From Aquifex aeolicus VF5 (GTDB lineage: Bacteria > Aquificota > Aquificia > Aquificales > Aquificaceae), in NCBI RefSeq assembly GCF_000008625.1, contig NC_000918.1, forward strand, positions 60,001 through 92,000: DNA of 32,000 nucleotides, read 5' to 3'. Each line of letters begins with the position of its first letter. Positions within the stretch are counted from its first letter, which is position 1. Shown here piece by piece: positions 18,328-27,815 of the stretch. A program made the translations under genes and the position numbers. Under the pieces are notes generated by a model. The model was given only the letters and a program-made list of their open reading frames with translations. It was not told the DNA's origin and searched no databases.

Positions 18328-18666
18328 TTGGCGGTAAGGATAAGGCTCGCTAAATTCGGAAGGAAACACCACCCCATATACAGAATAGTGGTAATGGACG
18401 CAAAGTCTCCAAGAGAAGGAAAGTACATAGACATTCTGGGGACTTACGACCCTAAGAGAAAGGTTCTCATTAACGTTTACCCTGAGAAGGTGAAGGAATG
18501 GGTTTTAAAGGGAGTTGAGCTATCTCATAGAGCTAAAGCTATTTTGTGGAATCATGGTATCTTAAAGGAAGTCGTTCCCGAAGGTTATGAGATGAAAAGG
18601 GTAGGTGATTATTACGTTTTTGAAAAGCGTGAATCCAAAAAATCCAAAGGAGGTGAAGCGGCATGA
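18328..18666 (+). CDS. rpsP: 30S ribosomal protein S16 (with C-terminal extension)
   Basis: [45 protein letters not shown] start after GGAGGT. Confidence 0.92.
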   Translation: MAVRIRLAKFGRKHHPIYRIVVMDAKSPREGKYIDILGTYDPKRKVLINVYPEKVKEWVLKGVELSHRAKAILWNHGILKEVVPEGYEMKRVGDYYVFEKRESKKSKGGEAA

Positions 18667-18902
18667 GCGCACTCAAGGACATTGTTGAACTCACAGCAAA
18701 AGAATTAGTAGACAACAAGGACAAAGTGAGAGTTACCGAGATTGAAGGAGAAAAGACCGTTGTAATTGAGCTCAGGGTTGACCCTGCTGAGCTCGGTAAG
18801 GTTATCGGAAAGCAGGGTAGGATCGCAAGAGCTCTCAGAACCATCCTCACCGCAATCGGTAGAAAGATAGGAAAGAGGGTGGTTCTGGAAATACTTGAGT
18901 AA
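18663..18902 (+). CDS. KH-domain RNA-binding protein (UPF0109/YlqC-like)
   Basis: 79 aa. [18 protein letters not shown] is a KH GxxG loop. It sits in the usual position after rpsP. Confidence 0.8.
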   Translation: MSALKDIVELTAKELVDNKDKVRVTEIEGEKTVVIELRVDPAELGKVIGKQGRIARALRTILTAIGRKIGKRVVLEILE

Positions 18903-19300
18903 TGAAAGAAAAATTAGCCTTAGCCCTGCTCTCTTTTTTTCTGGGGCTTGGTTCCTTCTTCAGTTTTTACGTTGCACCTACCCTTTTTAAAGTTTTAGAA
19001 AGACAGCAGGCGGGAGCTGTAGTAGAAAAAGTTTTTCCCGTTTACTTCGGACTTGGTATCATTTTAGTGGGCATTTCTCTCTTTCTTGGGAGAGACTCTG
19101 GAAAACTCTTTTTATCTCTTGGAATTCTTAACCTTTTACTTTTATTACTTCAGGAATTTATCGTAATACCTAAGCTTCACGGTTTGAAGGCTACCAATTA
19201 TGAGCTTTTTTTAAAGTACCACGGAGTATCCATGGGAATAAACCTCGCGATTTTACTTCTGACTTTAGGGAAAGTTCTTATACTAATTTTCAAGAGGTAA
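18902..19300 (+). CDS. small 4-TM membrane protein (DUF4149/TMEM205-like)
   Basis: 132 aa with four hydrophobic segments. APTLFKVL..QQAGAVVEKVFPVYF resembles DUF4149. Confidence 0.55.
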   Translation: MKEKLALALLSFFLGLGSFFSFYVAPTLFKVLERQQAGAVVEKVFPVYFGLGIILVGISLFLGRDSGKLFLSLGILNLLLLLLQEFIVIPKLHGLKATNYELFLKYHGVSMGINLAILLLTLGKVLILIFKR

Positions 19301-19304
19301 TTAA

Positions 19305-19748
19305 ATGAATGTGAAAGAAGGTGTAAAGGAGTTAATACTGAGCTACGGAAAAAACTTAGCGGAGCTTGAACCCATAAACACAAAGCTTATTGAGTACAAA
19401 CTAAAACTGAAGGCTCAAATAATAAAGACCCTTTCTCTTGACGTGGACAAATCCACAAAAGAAGAGATGTTCAAAGACATGCTCGAAGGCGTAAACGAAG
19501 CGGTGGCGGAAATCGCAAAGGAAATGGACACCCAGAACGAGAGAATGATAGAGAGGTACATGCTTTTCTTTGAATCCACGAGTGAAGTCCTGAAAGAATT
19601 CATGGAAGGAGATTACATAGAGGACAAACACGAACTTTCCCAAACTTTAGGGAAAATCTCCAAGATACTTGAAAAGCTAAGACTTGATTTAAAAGAAAAA
19701 CAAAAGGGAATACTCAAGTTCATCAGAAGGTTGATATTTAGAACTTAA
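19305..19748 (+). CDS. hypothetical coiled-coil protein (147 aa)
   Basis: K/E-rich helical ORF in line with its neighbours. No motif recognised. Confidence 0.5.
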   Translation: MNVKEGVKELILSYGKNLAELEPINTKLIEYKLKLKAQIIKTLSLDVDKSTKEEMFKDMLEGVNEAVAEIAKEMDTQNERMIERYMLFFESTSEVLKEFMEGDYIEDKHELSQTLGKISKILEKLRLDLKEKQKGILKFIRRLIFRT

Positions 19749-20566
19749 TGCTCCTTTCCTTTTTAGTTTACGTCCTCGCCTGGGCTTTTCAGGCCTTTAC
19801 TGGTTTCGGTGCAGGTATTTTCATAGTCGGTATACTCTCCCTTTTTTACGAGCCGAAAACCGTTATAGTTTCCTCAACGGTTGTCAACCTCCTCGGTATA
19901 ATCTCCATGCTCCTTTTCCTCGGAAAAATCACGAGACCGAACTTTAAAATCCTATTCCCTTTAATCGCCGGTTCAGTTGCAGGCATAGGTGTAAGTGCAA
20001 AGCTCTTAATGGAAATAGACAGAGAAGTCCTGAAGGCTTTAATAGGAGGATTTGTTTTATTTCTGGGGATTTACGACTTTTTAGTTCAGACTAATTCTTT
20101 GAAATTTAGGTTAAAGGCATCTCCTTTCGTAGGCGTCTTTACGGGATTTTTGAGCGGTATCTTTGCGGGACTTATCGGAATGGGAGGACCCCCGCCGGTG
20201 GTTTACCTGAACCAGGTTTGCAGAGATTTAAACACTTACAAAATCACCCTCTCCTTCTTTTTTGCCACTAACGTGGTTTTCAGGATAATCTTTTATCTCC
20301 TCTACGGAGGAACTGAGTACTGGAGTTACGAACTCATACTTCCCGCCTTTCTGGGAGCACCTCTCGGCGTTTTTGCAGGTATCTACCTTTCACGTTACTT
20401 TACTCCTTACTTCGTCAAGAGGTTTATCTCCCTCAGCGTCCTCTCCCTCGGGCTCTTCCTCCTTCTGGAAGGTCTGAAGGAGTTTTCCCACGACTTTTTT
20501 AAACACAGTGTAATAGAAGAGAGCCCTTACGGCGGTCTCAAAAGTCATAAAACCCCAGGGAACTAA
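19748..20566 (+). CDS. TauE/SafE-family anion exporter-like membrane protein
   Basis: 272 aa with 7-8 TM segments and repeated G-x-G-G motifs (GFGAGIF, GLIGMGGPPPVVYL). Confidence 0.75.
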   Translation: MLLSFLVYVLAWAFQAFTGFGAGIFIVGILSLFYEPKTVIVSSTVVNLLGIISMLLFLGKITRPNFKILFPLIAGSVAGIGVSAKLLMEIDREVLKALIGGFVLFLGIYDFLVQTNSLKFRLKASPFVGVFTGFLSGIFAGLIGMGGPPPVVYLNQVCRDLNTYKITLSFFFATNVVFRIIFYLLYGGTEYWSYELILPAFLGAPLGVFAGIYLSRYFTPYFVKRFISLSVLSLGLFLLLEGLKEFSHDFFKHSVIEESPYGGLKSHKTPGN

Positions 20567-21808
20567 GGGAGAGTGAATAACCTTAAGCAAAAAGTAAGAA
20601 GGGATTATCCTGAATAGCCAGAAGGAGCTTATGTTTACGAAGAGGGGTATATGCGTCTTTCCCATACCCTTTAACGCCCCAGAGTATATGGACGCGTAAG
20701 CCATAGCGGGCTGAGAAATTCCGACTATCTGAAGGTAGTAAGAGGCCCACTCGATTACTTCCGGATCCCTGCTGAAGGGATAAACGAGGTAGTGGGGAAA
20801 GAGTATGAGGATTAAACCCGTTAAGCTCATAACGAGGGCCGTAAAGTGGGCGGAGGTGTTTACCGCGTGAACCATTCCGCGGTAGTTCCTTGCTCCGTAA
20901 TTCTGACCCGCCAGCGTTGTGCTCGCAATCATCACACCGAAGCCTATCATAAAGGAAATGCTCTCTATCCTGAGACCTATCTGGTGGGCTGCGAGAACCT
21001 TGTCCCCGAATTTGGCAAGAAAACCTACGAAGACGTTAAAGGAAAGCGTGGTTATAGCCCTCTCAAGAGCGGTAGGTGTCCCGAGTCTCACCATTTTAAA
21101 GAGCAGTTTCGGCTCAAGTCTGAGGTGCAGGGGAAAGGGCTTTTTAAAAAAGATGAGGAGAAAGGTGTATATAAAAAAGGCGAGTATCTCCGAAATCGCT
21201 ATTCCCCAACCAGCACCCTCCACTCCGAGTTTTGGAAGTCCGAACTTTCCGTTTATCAGGGTATAAGCGGTGCCTATGTGCGTTAAGTTCATGATTATGG
21301 CGACCTTCATGGGTGTCTTTGTGTCCCCGGCTCCGTTGTAAGCTCCGTAAAAGGTATTCGTTAAAAAGCCGATTGGTATGAACCAGAAAATGGGAGTGAG
21401 GTATTCCTTTGCCAGACTCCTTACCGTTTCACTCGCCCCGAGAACTTTCATTAAAAACAGAACGAAATCCTTTCCGTAAAAGAACAAAGGGAGGGAAATT
21501 AAGAAGGACAAGAATAAACCGTTTATGAGTATGGGAGATGGGTCCTTTTTTGCCCCGACGAACTGGGCTATTAAAATGTTCGTTCCCGAGTAGGAGAGAG
21601 CCATCAGGGAGTAGATGAACCAGAGAAGCGAGAGGGAAAAACCCGTCGCCGCAACCGCGGAGGGAGAAATGGAGGAAACGAGAATCATGGATATCATGTT
21701 TTCCACAGTGTAGAGGAGGTTCACCACTATTATGGGTATGGAGAGTTTTACAACTTTCTTTATAACGCTCAGATACGGCTCGTTGGGATTCACAATAATC
21801 CTTTGCAT
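20390..21808 (-). CDS. MATE-family efflux transporter
   Basis: 472 aa with 12 TM segments. Typical N-terminus ([28 protein letters not shown]) and internal duplication. The acidic C-terminal tail is encoded antisense to the end of the TauE-like gene. Confidence 0.85.
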   Translation of the reverse strand: MQRIIVNPNEPYLSVIKKVVKLSIPIIVVNLLYTVENMISMILVSSISPSAVAATGFSLSLLWFIYSLMALSYSGTNILIAQFVGAKKDPSPILINGLFLSFLISLPLFFYGKDFVLFLMKVLGASETVRSLAKEYLTPIFWFIPIGFLTNTFYGAYNGAGDTKTPMKVAIIMNLTHIGTAYTLINGKFGLPKLGVEGAGWGIAISEILAFFIYTFLLIFFKKPFPLHLRLEPKLLFKMVRLGTPTALERAITTLSFNVFVGFLAKFGDKVLAAHQIGLRIESISFMIGFGVMIASTTLAGQNYGARNYRGMVHAVNTSAHFTALVMSLTGLILILFPHYLVYPFSRDPEVIEWASYYLQIVGISQPAMAYASIYSGALKGMGKTHIPLFVNISSFWLFRIIPSYFLLKVIHSPLVPWGFMTFETAVRALFYYTVFKKVVGKLLQTFQKEEEPEGEDAEGDKPLDEVRSKVT

Positions 21809-21814
21809 TAAAAT
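21809..21814 (+). promoter_or_regulatory. -10-like hexamer TAAAAT 8 nt upstream of the ribH ATG (candidate leaderless promoter)
   Basis: TAAAAT-TATTTTCC-ATG. There is no SD, and the divergent MATE ATG is only 14 nt away. Confidence 0.4.
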
Positions 21815-21822
21815 TATTTTCC

Positions 21823-22287
21823 ATGCAAATTTACGAAGGGAAACTAACCGCTGAAGGGCTGAGGTTCGGTATAGTGGCTTCCAGGTTCAACCACGCACTC
21901 GTGGATAGACTAGTTGAGGGAGCTATAGACTGCATAGTAAGACACGGGGGAAGGGAAGAAGACATAACGCTCGTTAGAGTGCCGGGCTCCTGGGAAATTC
22001 CCGTGGCTGCGGGAGAGCTTGCGAGAAAAGAGGACATAGACGCTGTGATAGCGATAGGAGTTCTAATAAGGGGGGCTACTCCCCACTTTGATTACATAGC
22101 CTCTGAAGTGTCAAAAGGGCTTGCGAACCTTTCCTTAGAACTGAGAAAACCCATAACCTTCGGTGTTATAACTGCGGACACCTTGGAGCAGGCGATAGAA
22201 AGGGCGGGAACAAAGCACGGGAATAAGGGCTGGGAAGCTGCACTTTCCGCAATAGAAATGGCAAACTTATTTAAGAGTCTGAGATGA
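21823..22287 (+). CDS. ribH: 6,7-dimethyl-8-ribityllumazine synthase
   Basis: [43 protein letters not shown]...; 154 aa. It matches the Aquifex aeolicus lumazine synthase sequence as I recall it. Confidence 0.95.
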   Translation: MQIYEGKLTAEGLRFGIVASRFNHALVDRLVEGAIDCIVRHGGREEDITLVRVPGSWEIPVAAGELARKEDIDAVIAIGVLIRGATPHFDYIASEVSKGLANLSLELRKPITFGVITADTLEQAIERAGTKHGNKGWEAALSAIEMANLFKSLR

Positions 22288-22730
22288 GGTATCGGAAAGG
22301 TGCAAGGGACACCGCCTTCCTGGTTTTATACAGGTGGGACTTAAGGGGTGAAAATCCAGGAGAACTCTTCAAAGAAGTTGTGGAGGAAAAAAACATTAAA
22401 AACAAGGACGCCTACGAATACGCCAAAAAGCTTGTGGATACCGCGGTAAGGCACATAGAGGAAATAGACTCTATAATAGAAAAACACCTGAAGGGCTGGA
22501 GTATAGACAGACTCGGCTACGTTGAGAGGAATGCCCTGAGGCTTGGAGTTGCCGAACTCATCTTTTTAAAGAGTAAGGAACCTGGAAGGGTGTTTATAGA
22601 CATAGTGGATTTAGTAAAGAAGTACGCGGACGAAAAGGCAGGAAAGTTCGTAAACGGAGTGCTTTCCGCCATTTACAAGGCTTACATTACTTCTTCAAAA
22701 GAAGAAAAACCAAGTTTAAAATCAGAGTGA
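22284..22730 (+). CDS. nusB: transcription antitermination factor NusB
   Basis: R..AR..A...LY..D; [17 protein letters not shown]; KFVNGVL. ATGA overlap with ribH, the conserved ribH-nusB pairing. Confidence 0.9.
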   Translation: MRYRKGARDTAFLVLYRWDLRGENPGELFKEVVEEKNIKNKDAYEYAKKLVDTAVRHIEEIDSIIEKHLKGWSIDRLGYVERNALRLGVAELIFLKSKEPGRVFIDIVDLVKKYADEKAGKFVNGVLSAIYKAYITSSKEEKPSLKSE

Positions 22731-22914
22731 GCAGGAGGCTGAGCAAAATCGCGGTAGTTATGGGAATGTAAACAACGAAGTTGTCCCTCTTTATGTATAT
22801 ATCACCGGGAAGTTTCCCAAGTCCCAGGGGAAGTTTTTCAAAGAACAGGAGAAGGAGTCCGATTATAACAAGGACGATACCGAAGAAAATCAATACTTTC
22901 CCTATCTCTCCCAT
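22687..22914 (-). CDS. DUF2905-family small membrane protein
   Basis: 75 aa with two TM segments flanking the GKLPGDIYIKRDNF motif. Confidence 0.7.
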   Translation of the reverse strand: MGEIGKVLIFFGIVLVIIGLLLLFFEKLPLGLGKLPGDIYIKRDNFVVYIPITTAILLSLLLTLILNLVFLLLKK

Positions 22915-22918
22915 ACCT

Positions 22919-22927
22919 TAAATTTTA
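22919..22927. promoter_or_regulatory. overlapping back-to-back -10-like hexamers between divergent genes
   Basis: Plus-strand TAAATT (22919-22924) is 7 nt before ATG 22932. Minus-strand TAAAAT (22927-22922) is 7 nt before ATG 22914. Neither gene has an SD. Confidence 0.4.
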
Positions 22928-22931
22928 GTGT

Positions 22932-23387
22932 ATGAGACAGGTCTCCGTCATAGGCTCATCAAAGGCAAGCGAAGAGGAGTACGAATTTGCCTACAGGCTC
23001 GGAAAAGAATTAGCAAAGAGGAACTTGGTGGTGGTTTGCGGAGGGAGGACAGGTGTGATGGAGGCAGTATGCAAAGGTGCAAAGGAAGAGGGAGGACTCA
23101 CAATAGGAATAATGCCCTCCTACGACGGACACGAAGCAAACCCTTACGTGGATATAAAGGTAAACACGGGAATGAACTGGAACAGAAATCCCATAGTTGT
23201 TGCAAGCAGTGAAATGGTTCTGGCGGTAGGAGGAAATTACGGAACACTCTCGGAAATAGCCTACGCCCTAATTCTGGGAAAGTATGTGGTAGGTTATAAA
23301 ACGCACAAAGTGGAAGGTGTTGAACAAGTAGAGAGTTTAGAAGAAATGCTTAAAAAAGTCGATGAATTCTTCGGAGGGAGGCTATGA
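22932..23387 (+). CDS. TIGR00725-type LOG/SLOG-family Rossmann protein
   Basis: VSVIGSS..., VVCGGRTGVMEA, and AVGGNYGTLSEI (PGGxGTxxE-like motif). Confidence 0.7.
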   Translation: MRQVSVIGSSKASEEEYEFAYRLGKELAKRNLVVVCGGRTGVMEAVCKGAKEEGGLTIGIMPSYDGHEANPYVDIKVNTGMNWNRNPIVVASSEMVLAVGGNYGTLSEIAYALILGKYVVGYKTHKVEGVEQVESLEEMLKKVDEFFGGRL

Positions 23388-24331
23388 AAGTATTCATAAC
23401 CGGAGCGACTGGATTTGTTGGGAGGCACATCGTAAGGGAACTATTAAACAGAGGGTATGAGGTCCACGCTGGTGTAAGGAACTTAAGCAAACTCGAAAGA
23501 CTCTTCGGAAATCAGGTAAAGGGCTACATAGTGAACTTTGACGAAAAGGACTCTATAAGGGAAGCATTAGGAAAAGTAAATCCCGACTTCGTAATTCACC
23601 TAATAGGCATACTCTATGAAGAAAAGAAAAAAGGAATAACTTTTGAAAGGGTTCACTACGGCCACACGAAAAACCTTGTAGAAGTTTCAAAGGGGTTCAA
23701 CGTAAAGAAGTTCCTATTCATGAGCGCCCTCGGAACCCACGACGAAGCACCCTCCCGTTACCACCAGACCAAAAGGTGGGCGGAAAGGGAAGTCATAAAC
23801 TCCGGTCTCAATTACACGATTTTCAGACCTTCTATAATCCTGGGGCCTGAACAAAAACTCTTTTTTGATATGTACAAAATAACCAAATACATTCCCGTAG
23901 TAGCCCTTCCCGATTTCGGGAATTACCAGTTCCAGCCCGTTGACGTGAGAGACGTGGCGTGTGCTTACGCGGAAGCCCTTAAAAATCCCGAAACCGACAG
24001 GAAGATTTACGAGCTTTGTGGGACTAAGGTTGTAACCTTTAAAGAACTCCTTGCGGACATATTCTCCTACTGGGACAGAAAGGTTCTCATGATACCGATG
24101 CCCAAAAAGCTTATGTACTTCGCGGGCTTGATTGTGGAAAAGATAATAGAACCCCCTCCCTTTTCTTCTGACCAGATAAAGATGATGTGGAAACCTAACG
24201 TGTGCGGAGTGTTAAAAGATGAGGCTATTTCCAACGGAATTAAATCTATTTGCAAAAGAGAACCCATACCTTATGAAGAGAGTTTAAAGTGGTCTCTCGA
24301 AAATTTTGATATAATAATTAAAGGAAAATAA
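23384..24331 (+). CDS. NAD(P)-binding atypical SDR (NmrA/NDUFA9-like) protein
   Basis: VFITGATGFVGRHIVRELLNRGYEV Rossmann motif, and Y..TK. 315 aa. Confidence 0.75.
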   Translation: MKVFITGATGFVGRHIVRELLNRGYEVHAGVRNLSKLERLFGNQVKGYIVNFDEKDSIREALGKVNPDFVIHLIGILYEEKKKGITFERVHYGHTKNLVEVSKGFNVKKFLFMSALGTHDEAPSRYHQTKRWAEREVINSGLNYTIFRPSIILGPEQKLFFDMYKITKYIPVVALPDFGNYQFQPVDVRDVACAYAEALKNPETDRKIYELCGTKVVTFKELLADIFSYWDRKVLMIPMPKKLMYFAGLIVEKIIEPPPFSSDQIKMMWKPNVCGVLKDEAISNGIKSICKREPIPYEESLKWSLENFDIIIKGK

Positions 24332-24353
24332 TTTTCAATTAGGAGGTGGAAAC

Positions 24354-25421
24354 ATGAGAAAAGGTTTACTCCTAATGGCGGTATTCGCAGGCTTTGTGGT
24401 GGCAAAGGAAAAGATTGACGACAAGGAACTCCTTAAAATGGCAAGGCAGTACTTCAAACCCCTCCCCAAAGTTGCGGAAAATCCCCAAAATCCTGTTACC
24501 CCAGAGAAGGTAAAGCTCGGAAAGATGCTCTACTACGATCCCAGACTTTCAAAGAGCGGACTAATCAGCTGTAACACCTGTCACAACCTCGCGAGGTACG
24601 GAGTTGATAACCTCCCGACTTCCATAGGACACAGGTGGGCTATTGGACCAAGAAACGCACCCACGGTTTACAACGCCGCAATCCACATAGCTCAGTTCTG
24701 GGACGGAAGGGCTAAGGACGTTGAAGAGCAGGCTCTCGGACCCATAGTAAACCCAATAGAAATGGCAAATACCGAAGAAAACGCCGTAAAGACTTTAAAA
24801 TCCATACCCGAATACGTAGAACTCTTCAAAAAAGCGTTCCCCAACGAAAAGGATCCCGTTAAGTACGAAAACATAGGAAAGGCAATAGGTGCCTTTGAAA
24901 GAACTCTTATGACTCCCTCAAGGTTTGACGAATTCCTGAAAGGAAACACGAAAGCTCTAACAGAACAAGAAAAGAGAGGACTCAAGACATTCATAGAAGT
25001 GGGGTGTGTGGCTTGCCACAACGGACCAGGTGTAGGCGGAAACATGTTTGCTAAGTTCGGAATGATTACCGAGTACTGGAAAGTTACTTATCCTTACGTT
25101 CTCGTAGGAAAACCTGCGATAAAGGTTGACTTCGGTAGGTTCGGTGTGACGAAGAAAGAAGAAGACATGTTCGTATTCAAAGTTCCTTCCCTCAGGAACA
25201 TAGAACACACGTACCCCTACTTCCACGACGGAAGCGTGTGGAGCCTTGAAGACGCTGTAAGGATAATGGCAAAAACTCAGCTAGGAAAAGAACTCACGGA
25301 CCAGCAGGTTAAAGATATAGTTGCCTTCCTCAAAGCCCTAACCGGTAAGATACCAAAGCACGCACTTGAAGTTCCCGAACTACCCCCGTCCACAGACAAA
25401 ACCCCGAAACCCGAACTTTAA
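24354..25421 (+). CDS. ccp: di-haem cytochrome c peroxidase (CCP/MauG family)
   Basis: Signal peptide, two CxxCH motifs (CNTCH, CVACH), and conserved GPRNAPTVYN, FWDGRA, PSLRN and YFHDGS. Confidence 0.88.
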   Translation: MRKGLLLMAVFAGFVVAKEKIDDKELLKMARQYFKPLPKVAENPQNPVTPEKVKLGKMLYYDPRLSKSGLISCNTCHNLARYGVDNLPTSIGHRWAIGPRNAPTVYNAAIHIAQFWDGRAKDVEEQALGPIVNPIEMANTEENAVKTLKSIPEYVELFKKAFPNEKDPVKYENIGKAIGAFERTLMTPSRFDEFLKGNTKALTEQEKRGLKTFIEVGCVACHNGPGVGGNMFAKFGMITEYWKVTYPYVLVGKPAIKVDFGRFGVTKKEEDMFVFKVPSLRNIEHTYPYFHDGSVWSLEDAVRIMAKTQLGKELTDQQVKDIVAFLKALTGKIPKHALEVPELPPSTDKTPKPEL

Positions 25422-26488
25422 TACCTTTTAAAGAAAATAACTAAATCCTCCCCCAAGTTTTCCACTTTTTTCTTTCTCACTTTTAAACTTTCTTCTATAC
25501 TTCTTATCCCGAGGTCACCTATACTCAAGCCCTCCCCCATAATTTTGGGTGCGATAAACACAACTATGCGGTCAAAGAAACCCTCCTTTAAGAAACTCGT
25601 CAGCGTTCTTGGACCACCCTCCACCATGAGGTGCATAATTTCAAGCTCTTTGAGTTTTTTAAGGATATTTTTCAGGTTAAAGCCTTTGAGGATTAAAACC
25701 TGAACTCCTTTTTCTTTGAGTTTTTCAGCTTTTTCATTCTCCTTTTTCGTTATAACAATTGTTGGAGCTTCTTCCGTATTCAGAACTTTAGCACTCAGTG
25801 GAACTTCAAGTTCAGGGTCCAGAATTATCCTTACAGGTTGTTTTTCCGTTGGAACAAACCTGACCGTTAAGTGTGGGTCGTCTTTTATGACTGTGTTTAC
25901 ACCTACCAGAACCGCAGTTGCCTCTCTCCTTAAGATGTGAGCTACCTTTCTGCTTTCCTTTGAGGTTATCCACTTACTGCTTCCCGTGAGGGTCGCGAGT
26001 TTTCCGTCCAGGGTCTGGGCCCATTTTAGCGTTATGTAAGGTCTTTCCTGAGTTATGTAAGTAAAAAAATCTTCGTTGAGTTCTCTGGCCTCCTCTTCGC
26101 ATACACCGACATCCACTTCTATTCCCGCATTTCTCAGTTTTTCAACACCTTTTCCAGACATCAAAGGATTTGGGTCAAGCGTTGCCACTACAACCCTTTT
26201 AATCCCGCTCCTTATTATCGCGTCCGTGCAGGGAGGAGTTCTCCCGAAGTGAGTACACGGCTCAAGGGTAACGTAAAGGGTTGCCCCTTTTGCTTTTTCC
26301 CCCGCCTGACCGAGAGCCATAACTTCAGCGTGAGGCTTTCCTGCTTTTTCGTGATAACCTAATCCCACGATTTTTCCTTCCTTTACGACAACCGCTCCCA
26401 CCGTAGGATTTGGATGAGTGTAGCCTTTTCTCTTCTTAGCCAGAGAGAGTGCCAACTTCATATAGTTTTTGTCTATTTCTCTTATCAT
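25418..26488 (-). CDS. ribD: bifunctional riboflavin biosynthesis deaminase/reductase RibD
   Basis: CMP/dCMP deaminase motifs HAEVMAL and PCTHFGRTPPC, followed by the reductase domain (ITLKWAQTLDGK). Confidence 0.92.
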   Translation of the reverse strand: MIREIDKNYMKLALSLAKKRKGYTHPNPTVGAVVVKEGKIVGLGYHEKAGKPHAEVMALGQAGEKAKGATLYVTLEPCTHFGRTPPCTDAIIRSGIKRVVVATLDPNPLMSGKGVEKLRNAGIEVDVGVCEEEARELNEDFFTYITQERPYITLKWAQTLDGKLATLTGSSKWITSKESRKVAHILRREATAVLVGVNTVIKDDPHLTVRFVPTEKQPVRIILDPELEVPLSAKVLNTEEAPTIVITKKENEKAEKLKEKGVQVLILKGFNLKNILKKLKELEIMHLMVEGGPRTLTSFLKEGFFDRIVVFIAPKIMGEGLSIGDLGIRSIEESLKVRKKKVENLGEDLVIFFKRY

Positions 26489-27429
26489 TTACTTAACCCC
26501 TTTACTGCTTCTACATCTTTCTTTATTTGCTGTATTAATTCTTCAACGGAGCTGAACTTCTTTTCCTCCCTTATGAACTTTAAAAACTCAACCTTTATCC
26601 TTTTTCCCCTTAAGTTCCCTTCAAAGTCAAGTATGTGAACTTCAAGAACCCTTTTCTTTTTCCCGAAGGTAGGACGATATCCGTAATTAGCAACTCCGAG
26701 GTACTTGTCTTCTACTTTTACAGCGTAAACGCCTTCCTTTAAGCACAGATTTTCCGTGTTTTGCAGGTTTGCGGTAGGAAAACCGATTTTGGAGCCTCTC
26801 TGGTCCCCCTTCACGACTTTCCTCTTAACCCAGTAGTTGTGTCCTAAGTACTCCCTTACTTCTTCTACCCTTCCTTCCCTCAAAAGTCTCCTTATAAGTG
26901 TGCTGCTGACGATGTGTCCCTTTATCTTGAATGGTTTTGCCTCTTCAACCTCAAAGCCGAGTTCACTCCCCACCTCTTTTGCGAGTTCTATCTCCCCTTC
27001 CCGTCTGTAGCCGTATCTCCAGTCGTATCCAACGAGCAGGTACCTGCACTTCAATTTCTCGTAAATTATCTTTTCGAGAAACTCCCTCGCCCTTATTTTT
27101 GCAAATTCCTTATCAAACCTTATGAAACAAAGGTAATCAACTCCCAGTTCCCGAAATATCTCTATCTTTTCGTTTATGTCCGTAAGTTCACAAGGAAGGA
27201 GTTGAGGTGCTAAAACTTTAAGCGGATGAGGACAAAAGGTAAGAACGAGAGTTTTTAAGTTTTCGCTTTTTGCTTTCTTCTTTAAGTTTTCTATTAAATA
27301 CCTGTGGCCGAGGTGAACTCCGTCAAAGTTCCCTACAGTAATCGCCGTGTTTTCCGGAACTTCTTCTAAGGTTTTCAGCCTCTTATTGGGACAGTTTTTG
27401 GAGTCAAGTTTTAGAAGAAAAACTTCCAT
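26485..27429 (-). CDS. ribF: bifunctional riboflavin kinase / FMN adenylyltransferase
   Basis: GNFDGVHLGH, SSTLIR, GFPTANL, and the C-terminal kinase domain (VEFLKFIREEKKFSS.EEL). Confidence 0.92.
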   Translation of the reverse strand: MEVFLLKLDSKNCPNKRLKTLEEVPENTAITVGNFDGVHLGHRYLIENLKKKAKSENLKTLVLTFCPHPLKVLAPQLLPCELTDINEKIEIFRELGVDYLCFIRFDKEFAKIRAREFLEKIIYEKLKCRYLLVGYDWRYGYRREGEIELAKEVGSELGFEVEEAKPFKIKGHIVSSTLIRRLLREGRVEEVREYLGHNYWVKRKVVKGDQRGSKIGFPTANLQNTENLCLKEGVYAVKVEDKYLGVANYGYRPTFGKKKRVLEVHILDFEGNLRGKRIKVEFLKFIREEKKFSSVEELIQQIKKDVEAVKGLSK

Positions 27430-27435
27430 TAAACA

Positions 27436-27801
27436 TTAACCCGGGGGCCAGGACATTTCTCTTCCGCCTATCAGGTGAAGGTGGAGGTGAAAAACTGATT
27501 GTCCCGCATCTTTGCCTACGTTAAAGACAAGTCTGTAACCTTTATTGAGGTTCTCATCAGGTGCGATACCGAGGTCCTCTGCAATTTTCCTCGCCACGTA
27601 AAACATGTGTCCAACTAAACACTCGTCCTCGGGCTCAAGAGTTTGTATCCCCATTATGTGTTTTTTGGGAATTATAAGTATGTGAACGGGAGCTACGGGA
27701 TTTATGTCGTGGAAAGCGAGAACCTTATCGTCCTCGTAAACCTTCTTTGCGGGAACTTCCCCCCTTACGATTTTACAGAAAATACAGTCCTTCTCCTGCA
27801 T
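27436..27801 (-). CDS. HIT-family (Hint-like) nucleotide hydrolase
   Basis: CIFCKIV.GE.P, then the histidine triad HLHLHLIGG. Confidence 0.9.
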   Translation of the reverse strand: MQEKDCIFCKIVRGEVPAKKVYEDDKVLAFHDINPVAPVHILIIPKKHIMGIQTLEPEDECLVGHMFYVARKIAEDLGIAPDENLNKGYRLVFNVGKDAGQSVFHLHLHLIGGREMSWPPG

Positions 27802-27809
27802 GTAATGTT

Positions 27810-27815
27810 ATTTTA
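27810..27815 (-). promoter_or_regulatory. -10-like hexamer TAAAAT 8 nt upstream of the HIT gene ATG (candidate leaderless promoter of hit-ribF-ribD)
   Basis: The minus strand reads TAAAAT-AACATTAC-ATG, with no SD. Confidence 0.4.

Noticed and set aside
22928-23212. 94-aa Arg/Lys-rich ORF in an alternative frame of the LOG-like gene
   Set aside because: It overlaps a frame carrying recognisable LOG/TIGR00725 motifs, and its composition is typical of an out-of-frame read of a purine-rich gene.
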